Notes: generated from the sequence alone by a model not told the origin. Shown: positions 25,535 through 38,249, counted from the whole stretch's first letter. The stretch is 63,816 nucleotides of DNA, filler included, from Octopus bimaculoides (GCF_001194135.2; 4 parts of 3 records of this genome joined end to end with filler, not necessarily neighbours in it), one strand, 5' to 3'. Program-made: numbers and translations.

Positions 25535-27454
25535 ATATAACATAATATAATCCCCTCTAGAAATACGTCACTAAATTAAAGCAGGTCTACAAATAAACAT
25601 TCCAAGTGAACTCTATTACAATATAGCAATATCGTTGTCTTATATTCAATGGAGCGGTTTGTCGACGATGTTCAGCTCATATTTAATTGAACAAAGTTGG
25701 ATCCACTTACTTAGCATTTCAAAAATGCACCTTAGGGACTCTGTATATTATCTGAATGGCATTCACTAATAGCATATTCATAAATGGTAATTTGTCATCA
25801 TGTTGCCATATTATTGAATTAAATAAAAATCACATTTGAATTTTAAAACAGGCCTCTTCGTAAACTTCCGAGAACGCCGATGTACGGGTCGACAGGCTAC
25901 CCGATAATTTATTGGCAGGTCATCGCTTCATAACTTCTAACTGACATTACATTATAGTCCGTGACCAACACAATTTTGAATAGCTGAGTCGGCCTAGCAA
26001 TAAATAGATTCAGCTGGTGGTAGAAGAGATTTAGATATAGCGGATGCTACACTCGACAATAAATACAGCGGGTAGTCAATTAGACATCAACATCTCTGTG
26101 TTATTAATGAATATTTTTGATGGCTGCTGGCGATAATTTCAAAGCTGATTGACCTGTAAAATATCAGGCTCCTATCAACAACGTGAGTTATCTCCTATCT
26201 CTGTATACAGTTACGTAAACCGGAGGTAAACTTGAACTCTGTGGATTAATAAGATTCGGAAAGCGATTAACTTTTTGTTACATTTCATACATCAGTTTTG
26301 GTAATTCATTAAAGAATTCTGCCATTTATCTTCATCAAAACAGAACAAATCTGGTTTCAGTTAATGACGAATAATAACGTTTCCTTTAAATACACTGTTT
26401 AAGATCAATAAAACAAAGTCTGCGTAAGATAACTCTACGTATTGGTTTTTCGCTGATTACTCGTATAGTTCTGATATTTTATCGAAGGTGAAGCACACAG
26501 TGTGATATTTGGTATCTCGCTGTGGTCGTTAAGTATTGTAAGTAAAGTGAAATGATTTCAACTTGTGAATAAAACCGCTTCGGTATCTCATGGTAGCTGT
26601 GAGTTTATCACATGATTTACGTGATAAACTAATCGGAGAGTAATTTTTATAAGGGGAAGGATATTCTATGAGATAGAACTAATATATTACAGTTTTATAG
26701 ACCTGGTCAGATGAAACTGAACTAACTTTGGTGGGACTTTAATGGCAAAACTAAATTATGCTTAATACGTAAGACAACACACGACTGTTTCTTTGAATTC
26801 TATCGATTTCTTTTCTTTTCTGATATTGATTTCACCTTTAGTCAGACGAACACTAACTTGATAAATGACTGTCACATTATTAAGGATTGTTAGGAAGCCC
26901 ACTCATACTTGTATGTACCAACGGCAACCGCTGATTGTGTCTAATCGTTTATAGTAAGTTGGGTTCTAGCATAATTGATGCAATAAACAAAGAGATTTTA
27001 ATTAAAGTTACATCTTTATCGGTGAAAACAGACCTTATCTAAATGACTAATTCTCGTTAAAGAAAGGTAAGAGAGATAACCTGAAGTATTAATTAAATAA
27101 AATTAATTAAATATGGAATGCAGTATCAAGGGAGTCTGGTCGTTAGCAGTGTGGTTATAACTTCACGTTTTGGTCTTATTAGACCACATCAGTGAAATAT
27201 CTTACAATCATAATGTTCATCTCTGCGTGTATATTAATCGTCGTTATTATATCAAGCCGTTCATAAGTAAAGTGTAACGCACTACAAGTTGTATGTTTTG
27301 CTGGGCGGTGACTTTATCGAATGGAAGGAGAGGACGTACTCAGGAGTGTCACTAGTCATCTAAGTGTGTGTGTGTATGTGTATATTAATGCATGTGTGTG
27401 TGTGTAAATACATAAGTGTATTCACATGCGTATATAGATTATTTTTACTGGAAA

Positions 27455-27790
27455 CAAGAATGGATCATTGGTTAGAGCGTCGGGCTCACAATCATAAGGT
27501 AGTGAGTTCGATTCCCGGACCGGTCTGTATGTTGTGTTCTTGAGCAAGACGCTTTATTTCATATTATTCCAGTTCACTCAGCCGTAGAAATGAGTTGCAA
27601 CGTCACTGGTGCCAAGTTGTATCAGGCTTTGTCTTTACCTTGACAAGTTGCAGTGAAAAAGTACAGCAGGGTTCGCTACCAGCCGCCGCTGGAGCCACTT
27701 GGTGTGCAGAGGGAAGGCTGGTATGCATGACCGACAACTGGTCTTCCATAAACAACAACTTGCCCGTACTTGTGCTTCGGAAGGTAACTG
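27455..27790 (+). mobile_element. tRNA-headed SINE family C carrying an internal patch from family D
   Basis: TTGGTTAGAGCG..GAGTTCGATTCCCGG head; GTTCTTGAGCAAGAC..CACTCAGC central domain; CACTGGTGCCAAG..GGTCTTCCATAAACAAC tail. Confidence 0.75.
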
Positions 27791-28096
27791 ATCGTGAAAT
27801 TAACGCGCAAGTGGTTGAGCACTCCACAGACATGTGTACCATTATCGTAGTTCTCGATAAGATTCAGCGCGACACAGAATGTGACAAGGCCGGTTCTTTG
27901 AAATACAGATACAGCAGAAACAGGAAGAAAGTTGCGGTGAAAGAGTACAGCAGGGTTCGATACCACCCCCTGCTGGATTCACGTGGAGCTTTAGGTGTTT
28001 TCTGTCAATAAGCACTAACAACGCCCGGTCTGGGAATCGAAACAGCGATCCTACGACCGCGAGTCCGCTGCCCTAACCACTGGGCCATTGTGCCTC
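27790..28096 (-). mobile_element. tRNA-headed SINE family D
   Basis: GAGGCACAATGGCCCAGTGGTTAGGGCAGCGGACTCGCGGTCGTAGGATCGCTGTTTCGATTCCCAGACC head; body matches 47054-47350. Confidence 0.85.
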
Positions 28097-28152
28097 TACA
28101 TTTATATATATATATATGTATGTGTATATATATGTATGTGTATCTATATATG

Positions 28153-28203
<51 letters not shown>

Positions 28204-28242
28204 GACACATATATAATAATAATAATAATAATAATTATAAAG

Positions 28243-28275
<33 letters not shown>

Positions 28276-28299
28276 TTCCAAGTAGGTTTAGATACACAC

Positions 28300-28361
<62 letters not shown>

Positions 28362-29307
28362 ACACGCACACACATATCATAAATATATAAATCGATACTC
28401 AAAGTATCATGTGCTGATGTGGATTCGTCATAGAAAAGTATAAAACACGCATAAAGCATAGAAAATATATTCTATATAAGATGTTTTAGTCTGGCTTTTG
28501 ACTGATATAGAAACTATCTGGTTGAGAGAGCATGAGTGAATCTAACAGCGTCGAAATTGAATGAGAACCAGCTAAGTGGAAATCGTGATCCTTAAGCTGT
28601 CAGACTTGTGTTCTCTCTCGGGGTTCATGACTCCAAAAATATTTTAGATCAAAGCTAAAAGTACTTTTTTGGATGGAATTAATGCATTCATATGCTCTAT
28701 GGCGTGTTACGTAAACTTCAGCAAATGCGTCTGTATGAATACGGTTGTATATTTACAAGTGAGTGTCAGTGTGTATACACGACTCTGTATTTTCTACGTA
28801 CGTTCTACCTTTGATATACATATGTGTACAGTTTATCTGCGTATATATCAAAATAATGATATAAACATTATGTTCTTCGTTCAATTGAGAAGGCTGTTAG
28901 ATCTGAGTTTCAAAATTTAATAAGAAAATTCTTTGAAATAATTGTAATTGATATTATACATCATAAAATAATTAGTAAACTTGGAGGGAAAGAAATGATT
29001 TAATTGTAAGAAACACGAGAAAATCAAATCCACAGATCTATCATGCTATAAACTGAAAACAAACACCACCACCACCACCACCACCACTACCACCANNNNN
29101 NNNNNNNNNNNNNNNNNNNNNNNNNNNNNNNNNNNNNNNNNNNNNNNNNNNNNNNNNNNNNNNNNNNNNNNNNNNNNNNNNNNNNNNNNNNNNNNNNNNN
29201 NNNNNNNNNNNNNNNNNNTGCTTCAGCAGCTGCTGCTACTACTACTTTCTGATTTTATCTTACGGACCCCAATCTATCTATCTACCTTTCTATCTATCTA
29301 TCTATCC

Positions 29308-29349
<42 letters not shown>

Positions 29350-29424
29350 ACATACATACATACATACATACATACATACATACACACATACACACAAACT
29401 TTATATGATTGGGGTGTGTGTGTG

Positions 29425-29614
29425 TGTGTGTGGTAAGAAGTTTACTTTCCAACCACACGGTCCCGGGTTCAGTCTGAATGCGTAGCACCATGGGTAAACG
29501 ACTTCTACTATGTCCTCGGAGCAACCAAAAACTTGTGAGTGGGTCTCGTAGACGGATGCTGATAGAAGCGCATCGTGTGTATGTGTATGTGTGTGCGTTT
29601 GTGTGTGTGTGTAT

Positions 29615-29649
<35 letters not shown>

Positions 29650-29839
29650 GATTTGTACCCTTGCTACCGCTTGACAACCGGTGTTGTGTTTTCGTGCCCA
29701 CGCCCCAGCGGTTCGGCAAATATCAGGCTTAAAAGAGTTAAGTGCTGGGATCGATTCGCTCTACTAAAATTCTTCAAGGTGATGCCCCGGCATGGGGAAC
29801 CAAGTTGGCCGCAGTCTAATGACTGGTGCAAGTAAAAGG
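29425..29839 (+). mobile_element. SINE family B
   Basis: GTGTGGTAAGAAG..CCGGGTTCAGTC head, (GT)n centre, CCGCTTGACAACCGG..GGCCGCAGTCTAATGACTG tail. Confidence 0.8.
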
Positions 29840-29897
29840 TGAAAGATATATAGTGTCTTGTAAGTACAAATAGATATACGATTGTTGCTGTGAAGTT

Positions 29898-31165
29898 TAG
29901 AGGTGCAGTCCAAAGGTCTTGAAACTTTCTAAGCAGCAACATTTAAAACTCTCCTATATTATTCTAATTCCAGTATATCTTTACGATACATCTAATAAGC
30001 TGAGCTACCAACTTTTTATTTATTCTAAACCGAAGGAGACGACTGCAACTACGCTTTGGTCACATCTCACTAAGCACTGCTTGTCACATCTGACTTGTTT
30101 GCAAAATACGTCGGAACATGAAGCCAATTTGGAAACTGGGCAAAGACGCTACAGAAACCTGCGAAATACCCCCAGGCTGCTTAGGGATAAACTTGTATGT
30201 GTTAACATCTGCTTTTCACTGGCTCAAGTCATTCAAGGATAGTAGAAAGAAGCTGGAGACGATGAGAGGAGTGGGAGAGCGTAGGGTCTCAGAACATCAG
30301 AAGTGGTAGGAAAAGTTCGCAATTTTCTGGACGAAGACAGCCATCTGTCTATAAAGATAAGATGATCAGCATACATTTTGGAGTTGGTGCGGCAACTGTA
30401 TACATAATTATTTTTGAAGATCTAAACATGACCCAAGTTTGTGCAAAGTTTGTTTCCAGTGAGCTCAGTGAAGAACAGAAGGAAAGACGCATCAGTGACA
30501 GCAGAGAGATGCTTGAGCTTATTATTTCTCGTCCAAGAGGACTTGAATCTCTGGTGATCTGTACGAAAAGCTAAATCTACTGTTACGATCCCGATACCAA
30601 GAGAAAGAGACTCGACAAGGCTAGGCAAAACAAGTCCATAGGGAAACTCATGATGAGTCCTTTTTCAACAGCAGAGCATCATCTACATCCACCGGGTTCT
30701 TTCTAGCCAGACGATCAACAAAGAATATTTTGTGGAGGTATTGAGGAAGTTCAGGTAGAGATTTCGCCGCAAAAGGTGAGATCTCTTACATTTGCACCAG
30801 GACAATGCACCAGTTCAAAATTCCATCCTAATAACGAACTACTTGACAAAGGTGGGCATAAAAAATATCTGTCCCTCTCCCTACAGGAACCTTGCACCTG
30901 TAACTTTTGGCTGTTCTCCAAGTTGAAAGAGAACCACAGGAGCAATCTTTTGAAGGCACTGAGAAGATGAAGGTGTCTGTGACAAGGGACCTGGAAACCT
31001 TCATCCAAGAGGACTTCCATGTAGCTTTCACGAATTGGCTGGGACGCTACAAGTGCATTGAAATCAGAAGATTCGATTTTGAAGGAGATTAGAGATTTGT
31101 ACTTCTTTGAAATTAGTAGATGTCTCTTCTGAGAAAGTTTCAAAACTTCTGGAATGCACCATGTA
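29898..31165 (+). mobile_element. Near full-length (~1.27 kb) decayed mariner transposon
   Basis: TIRs GAGGTGCAGTCCAAAGGTCTTGAAACTTTCT and (rc) TGGTGCATTCCAGAAGTTTTGAAACTTTCT with flanking TA; EDDERSG, VCAKFVS, VICTKS*IYCYDPDTK, LHQDNAPV, CNFWLFSKLK. Confidence 0.88.
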
Positions 31166-31847
31166 CATTATAACTGTCCATTCTGTTTCCAGTATAGTGG
31201 ATAAGTAAGTGCGATACTTAATAGCATTACTAGGCATGATATACAGAGTAGATGTGGGAGATATTACGATAAACATAATTCTATATTATTTCTCCCTACG
31301 TAAATTCCCCATTCTACTTGTTTTGAAGTTTGCATCGGATGTTCTAAATGTAATGGATGCTTAACCACAACGAATCATCAGGGAGCACTTTATTGCATTA
31401 TGCTACAGAGAACTAATGTACTTACTAGCAAATAATATAAACTTGTGCTTATCGAAACTTTTTATTATCATTAGATATTAGATTATGATTTGAAGACAAA
31501 TGGTTGCTATTTTTAACACATTGAGCTACCACGTATGCGCCGTTTCATGACCTTGCTCATATAAAGCAGTATTTTGCAATATTTCTGGATAAAAACAGAT
31601 TTGGATAAAAAGTTTCTGACAGTGAAGCTTTTAGGAACGTAAAAATTCAAAAAGGACACGATGGTGCTGTGTTCATGGTGAATCTAGTGCAAAGCAAATT
31701 CAGTACATATTATATCTCTATGACTGCATCGTTATAGATGTATATTACATATCTATGATTCCATCCCCTTTTTGAGAGGAATATAGTTGCTGTTTCTAGA
31801 AGAAGAAGAAGAAGAAGAAGAAGGCGTCCGTTCGTTTCGCGTGCATG

Positions 31848-32188
31848 TACGAGACGAAGTCAAAAGTTATCCGCTCTTTCGTCGTGACATATCCTATTAT
31901 CGTCACACTGCGTTCTGTGCATGCGTGCTTATAGCTGGTACCATTGTGGTCACGTGATCGAAGTTTGAGTTTGATGAGCCATTTTTCCTTCTGGCTTTAC
32001 AGTGTAAGGATGGCCACGCCACCAGCAATGGGGCACCAAAGAAGGACAAAGAGCAATGATCCTTTAAGGGCGCAATCAGACTCAAACTTCGATCACCTGA
32101 CCATAATACTGTCAACTATAATCACACGAGCGCAGAAGGCAGTGTGACATTAATAAAGAGGTGTTATAATTTTTGACATCCCCTCGTA
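31848..32188. mobile_element. Mariner-derived MITE (~340 bp) with long imperfect TIRs
   Basis: TA|CGAGACGAAGTCAAAAG.. left and TA|CGAGGGGATGTCAAAAA.. (rc) right; 31903-31977 mirrors 32073-32149; core encodes GTKEGQRAMI, like a transposase N-terminus. Confidence 0.82.
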
Positions 32189-33851
32189 TATATATATATA
32201 TATATATATATATATNNNNNNNNNNNNNNNNNNNNNNNNNNNNNNNNNNNNNNNNNNNNNNNNNNNNNNNNNNNNNNNNNNNNNNNNNNNNNNNNNNNNN
32301 NNNNNNNNNNNNNNNNNNNNNNNNNNNNNNNNNNNNNNNNNNNNNNNNNNNNNNNNNNNNNNNNNNNNNNNNNNNNNNNNNNNNNNNNNNNNNNNNNNNN
32401 NNNNNNNNNNNNNNNNNNNNNNNNNNNNNNNNNNNNNNNNNNNNNNNNNNNNNNNNNNNNNNNNNNNNNNNNNNNNNNNNNNNNNNNNNNNNNNNNNNNN
32501 NNNNNNNNNNNNNNNNNNNNNNNNNNNNNNNNNNNNNNNNNNNNNNNNNNNNNNNNNNNNNNNNNNNNNNNNNNNNNNNNNNNNNNNNNNNNNNNNNNNN
32601 NNNNNNNNNNNNNNNNNNNNNNNNNNNNNNNNNNNNNNNNNNNNNNNNNNNNNNNNNNNNNNNNNNNNNNNNNNNNNNNNNNNNNNNNNNNNNNNNNNNN
32701 NNNNNNNNNNNNNNNNNNNNNNNNNNNNNNNNNNNNNNNNNNNNNNNNNNNNNNNNNNNNNNNNNNNNNNNNNNNNNNNNNNNNNNNNNNNNNNNNNNNN
32801 NNNNNNNNNNNNNNNNNNNNNNNNNNNNNNNNNNNNNNNNNNNNNNNNNNNNNTATATATATATATATATATGCATATGTGCATGTGTACGTGTGCGGAG
32901 ATGGTGTTGGGCTGTGTTTGTGTGTAATAATTTACAACATAAGAATCGATTCTGTACAATGGTAACAGCTGTTAATGGCTGAGTTTCCTATATCATGCTC
33001 TGACAAATTATTTTATAAATAATCAAAAAAAAAAAATACATATATGATCCAGCACCAGCTGTGTACCGGTACACCATCAAATGAGTGCATATGTGCGTAT
33101 GTGTGTGTGTGTATATATATATATATATGCTTACATATACACACATGCCCCCATACACAGACACTCACGCACACATTATTTGTACGAAAGCTTGGCATTT
33201 AGATCCAACCCACGTCCACTTTAGGGAGGCCAGATTGAGATAAAGCCTTGTGTGTAGCATATTTTAAATAAAGCTCTAAATTAAAATCACAGTTTTTTTT
33301 ACGGCAATGAGTAATATCAGGAACGTGAAGAATCAATGGTTTTACCACTACATGAAATGAAAGGCTTCGTTCTGTTAAGATCCCTTAAAATCATATTCAA
33401 AGTACGGTTTCATGAAAGTAACTTTAAATCACTGATTTAAAGAAAGTATTTTAATTAGAAAAGCAAATCTGAGGATTAACTCTTGTGTGAAACATTAAAA
33501 ACTGAGATTTCGGGGTCCTTCTGTAATACGTCGAGACACTTTATAATTACCTAAACAGTAATCTCTCACACATATTTTCATATATACACATACGTACACA
33601 AAAAAAACAAAAAAAAAACACAAAAAAACACACACACACACATGAACAAATAAATAAATAAAACAAATACAAACGAACACGTATTAACAGAGTATATAGG
33701 TGATACAGACACTCCCCATACACACATGCACTTACAAAAGACACAGACACATTGAAAGACACGCATGCGTAGACACATACAATAGGAATACAGAATACAA
33801 AATGGCTGATATTTAGCAAGGTGAGACACACATAAGAAGGAAGGAAACAAA

Positions 33852-33896
33852 GGACCACTGATGAGGTCACAGAAGTGTGACGAAAGAACTCTGGCC
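33852..33896 (+). ncRNA. Minimal type I hammerhead ribozyme motif
   Basis: GG(A)CCA-CTGATGA-G-GTCAC[AGAAGT]GTGAC-GAAA-GAAC-TC-TGGCC: intact core, perfect 5-bp stem II, helix III reduced to one A-U pair closing a tetraloop, cleavage triplet CUC. Confidence 0.75.
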
Positions 33897-34002
33897 GAAA
33901 TAAGATTAAGATTAATGTAATATAAAGCTGAAGCAAATTAACACCAAATATACAGTGCGTGTGTTTTTATTGGCTAAACTGGCAATATGACCATCCCCAA
34001 GT

Positions 34003-34011
<9 letters not shown>

Positions 34012-34078
<67 letters not shown>
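34012..34078. repeat. (AT)n microsatellite
   Basis: Direct reading. Confidence 0.95.
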
Positions 34079-34082
<4 letters not shown>

Positions 34083-34204
34083 GCACATTTCCGTTAGAAA
34101 TTGTCATCGTTGATGATCATAGAAGTTGATATTTAGAGTGAATAGGATACAAGGTAAATGTGTATTAAAAATGGAAATGTATTTTTTTTTATTTGTTGCT
34201 TATT

Positions 34205-34617
34205 TCCCACATTAGGCTGTGGTCATGTTTTGCCACTTCCTTGAAGACGTTTCAGTCTAATAAATCCACTCCAGCACTTATTTTTTTAAAGCCTGATACT
34301 ATTATATCGGCCTCTTTCATCGAACTACTAAGTAACAGGGGGATGTAAACTCACTAACACGGGAAGTCAAGCGTTGTGGGGGAACACAGTCACGCAACAT
34401 CCACAAACCCACCCATCCATCCACACACATACTCACTCACACACACATGCAAACACACAGACATTTATATATAAGACGGCATTCTTTCAGTTTCCGTCTA
34501 CCAAATCCACTCAAAGGCTCGAGGCTATAGTAGAAGACACTTGCCCAAGGTGTTACGCAGTGAGTCTGAACCCGGAACCACGTGAAGCAAGATTCTTACC
34601 ACACAGCCACATTCCTT
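34205..34617 (-). mobile_element. SINE family B
   Basis: rc head GGAATGTGGCTGTGTGGTAAGAA..CCTTGGGCAAGTGTCTTCTACTATAGCCTCG..GGATTTGGTAGACGGAAACTGAAAGAA. Confidence 0.85.
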
Positions 34618-34749
34618 TAAGTATGCTGTTGATGAAAATAGTCGAGATATTTTTTAAGTCTGAAAACGTCGGTGTTCAGGAATTTTCGTGATGTTTTTTT
34701 TTTCCTGTTGCTACTATGACCGCAACCCTTCCACCTCACTGTTCATGTA

Positions 34750-35080
34750 GTTCTTGACATACAGAACTGCATGTAATTCACCATGCGCTTGTATATCAGT
34801 TGGGAAAACATACCTATTTCATTCAGTGATGGACAGCCTTTGCGAATGTCATTTAAACTGGAAACTACAAGGGCATAAGGGATAAATGTCAGAGTGGTGC
34901 CAGTAGATCGGGATTTATTTCTTGGAACTGCAATGTTTTCCATAATATTAACCTTCTGTGACAATGTCAACTTCAACCATGCGTTCATATAAATGGGTAA
35001 TAGGAATCCTTGTTCCATTGCAAAGTCCATTAACCTTATTGAAATTTTGCGATAGCAGCAAAACATTCCTTTCCGAACGG
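34750..35080 (-). mobile_element. Helitron/PIF1-family helicase C-terminal fragment (decayed)
   Basis: NVLLLSQNFNKVNGLCNGTRIPITHLYERMVEVDIVTEG..NIAVPR..QAHGELHAV across frameshifts; GLCNGTR and HGQLYVA-like motifs. Confidence 0.75.
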
Positions 35081-35334
35081 CTTTCGTTGATGTTGGGTTT
35101 CTCGAATGACCAGCCATTTTTCTTTTTGAGTTTTGCGTTCTTCTCTCCGTTCTACGCTTTTATTTCTTTTTATCGATAGCATATTTGTGTGTCCTTTTCT
35201 CGTCTTTACTTTCCATTGGTCCTTCCTTCTATTCGGAAATAGCGTAGTGCATTGGTACATCGACACTTCAGTTGTTCATTCTGTCTGCTTTCTGGAGAAA
35301 GTGACAGTGTGAACTGCGTACAACAGAAACTTAC

Positions 35335-35346
35335 ATTGCTCATTTT
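35335..35346 (-). CDS. Candidate 12-nt frame-preserving microexon
   Basis: cacattttctttcag|AAAATGAGCAAT|gtaagtttc: near-consensus acceptor and donor. Confidence 0.35.
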
Positions 35347-35527
35347 CTGAAAGAAAATGTGTGTGCGTGTGTGTGTGAGTGTGTATGTATGTGTGTGTGA
35401 GAGTATGTATGTGTGTGTGTGTGTGAGTGTATGTGTGTGTGTATGTGTGTGTGACAGTTTGTATGTATGAGTGTGTGAGTGTGTGTGAGTATATGTGTGT
35501 ATATGTGTGTACGAGAGTGTGTATGTA

Positions 35528-35560
<33 letters not shown>

Positions 35561-35573
35561 GAGTGAGGGAGAA

Positions 35574-35633
<60 letters not shown>

Positions 35634-36002
35634 GGAGTATAACAGTGGTGAAGAATCTAACCATAATTATGCATAAAATATACTCTTCCTTGCAAAAGGT
35701 TTCAAGCCTAAACTGAATCCAGATTATTGCTGAAAGTGAGTGTGAAGGCGTATTATTAGACAATCACCTAATATAACGTTTTGTAATTTAAAATTGTTTT
35801 CGTGGTCTAACGTTGAAAATATGGCTGTATTTTTTAAACTTGCAATGTGTTCTGTAGTTTTACTCATAGACAAGAGTAAATTGGAAAACGCACACGAACA
35901 AACGTTTCGTACCTGTTTGAAAGTCCGATTATCAAATACCTTTTTACTAAAATGATGCGACTTTCAAATCAGAAACCGATGAACGAGTTAAAATAAAGTA
36001 AA

Positions 36003-36257
36003 TAAGTGCGCCCTTTTAAAGCCTAGCCTGGCTCATGGGCCCGGTTTCCCGGTTTCAATGGCGTATGCGTTCTCCAGCTGGACGGGATGCCAGTCCAGCG
36101 CAGTGTTACTCATTTTTGCCAGCTGAGTGGACTGGAGCAACGTGAAATGAAGTGTTTTGCTCAAGAACACAACTCATCGCCCGGTCCAGGAATCGAAACC
36201 ACATGATGCTTACGATCATGATGCTGACACCCTAACCACTAAGCCACGCGCCTCCAC
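36003..36257 (-). mobile_element. tRNA-headed SINE related to family C, with a different 3' part
   Basis: GTGGAGGCGCGTGGCTTAGTGGTTAGGG..GGTTTCGATTCCTGG..GTTCTTGAGCAAAACACTT..CCACTCAGCTGGCAAAAATGAGT..GGGAAACCGGGCCCATGAGCC. Confidence 0.8.
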
Positions 36258-36289
36258 GATGAGCGAGTTACTACACGATTAATTGATCT

Positions 36290-36740
36290 GCTAGAATTAA
36301 CAGCAAAATCTTCCGACTTAAACGTCTCAACAAAACATATACAATGTACCATGTAAATCCAGATATACAAAAGGGTGTGATGGTCACAGGTGGAATGGTT
36401 CTGAACATAAATCGAATCGATCTCAAGACAAACTGCAACATCAACACCTTGAAGTACATAGATCACATTGTTTCCCTCAACCCCCTTACTGTTCTTGTGC
36501 GATCTCACGCAACCGCTTCCAAATAAGCTTATTCAGTGTCTGTTTCCTGTCATCTGAACTTCATTTCAACTCATAAACCTAGGGTTAAACATTGTACTCA
36601 TACGTGTCTTATCTCCACCCGGAAATCAGCCACTCTCCTACCCACAACTTTTACATACATGCATTTATAGAAGTTTAAAATGGGGCATTAAATGCATCAA
36701 CCTCTGTGGGAGGCCCTTGAAACGTCAGGTGCACAATTCC
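36290..36740 (+). mobile_element. Decayed Tc1-like transposase fragment
   Basis: QKGVMVTGG..IDLKTNCNINTLKYIDHIV (GGSVMVWGG..GNLNA.RYI-like) and, with a frameshift, LN.I..LWEALKRQVH. Confidence 0.55.
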
Positions 36741-37190
36741 GCTTCGTTCTACTCATAATAAGAAAGAAAATTACACAAATACAAACAAATGTGTATATTT
36801 ATGGAAAACTATAGCATTGTACGTCTACTAAGGAAGTAACATTATAGAGGTTTGTAAATGAGAGACTGAGTGACAAAAATAGACGGAGAGAGGGAACGGA
36901 AAAGAGAGAACGAAAGAGAGAGAGAGGGGCAGAGGTGAAGAGAAGGGGGAGAGGTGAAGAGAAGGGGGAGAGGTGGAGAGAAGGGGGAGAGGTGGAGAGA
37001 AGGGGAGAGAGAGATGGAGTTTGAGAAAAAGGCGTGGCTTAAAGTTAATTGGAGTTTGGGAAGATATTTTAATTGCTTAAGAAGCGGCGGNNNNNNNNNN
37101 NNNNNNNNNNNNNNNNNNNNNNNNNNNNNNNNNNTTAATTAATTAANNNNNNNNNNNNNNNNNNNNNNNNNNNNNNNNNNNNNNNNNNNN

Positions 37191-37244
<54 letters not shown>

Positions 37245-37829
37245 TGTGCGTGTGTGTAAAAATATAGAAACTCTGCTTCACGCACATTTTGAATACTTTT
37301 AACCTGCTGTTTGTAAATTCAAACGTATATTTACTCGCATACACATAATCGCACGCGCATACACACATATCTATGCGTATGTTTGTGTTTTACACACACA
37401 CACACACACACATGCATTAAGAATATTTACTAAATTTAATAAATGCCTGTGTATGTGTGTGAAACTTATGTGTCTCATGTGGAGATCTGAAAGCTGCAAC
37501 CGTTTGGAATTGTAATGACCGTGTTTGTTAACTTAAAGAAACGTGCCCTCTGCAACCTTAACATAAGCTGTTGATATAAGGCTATTTAAAGACTGATTAA
37601 TGGGTGTAATATGTAAATTGAGACAATATCATTGTACTTCTTGCAACCAGACTTTGGGTGTATCGTATTATCCATTGTTTTGGGGATTGGGCCCCGGCAA
37701 GAAGGAAAAAAAAACATCATAACTCTAAAGAATAACTGAAGCAACCTTTAGGTTTAAACTAACAACTGGTCGTATTCTGTAACCTTCGTCGTCGTCGTCA
37801 TCATTATCATCATCATCATCATCAACATC

Positions 37830-37884
37830 GTCGTTGTTGTTGTTACTATTTTTATTATTGTTGCTGTTGTTGTCGCTGTTGTTA

Positions 37885-37921
<37 letters not shown>

Positions 37922-37934
37922 GTTGTTGTTGTTG

Positions 37935-37966
<32 letters not shown>

Positions 37967-37997
37967 GTTGTTGTTGTTATTATTATTATTATCATCA

Positions 37998-38058
<61 letters not shown>

Positions 38059-38090
38059 CATCAATATTATTATTATTATCATTATTATTC
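37830..38090. repeat. Compound (ATT)/(GTT)/(CAT)n microsatellite
   Basis: Direct reading. Confidence 0.95.
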
Positions 38091-38249
38091 GAATTGACTT
38101 AGAATTGGTCTTATTCCTGGTAGAGTTTATGTGGGTAGCGGGTTACAACCTGTAACCTTAGACATCCACATAATTTTAATAAGTCATCAAGCGCTCAAAA
38201 CCCTTTCTGATGATCTTTTCTGTTCCTAAGAGGCAAACCTTCTGTAGAC

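Noticed and set aside
28004-28096. tRNA-like sequences (also 27460-27530, 36170-36257)
   Set aside because: SINE heads continuing into repeat bodies; no complete cloverleaf.
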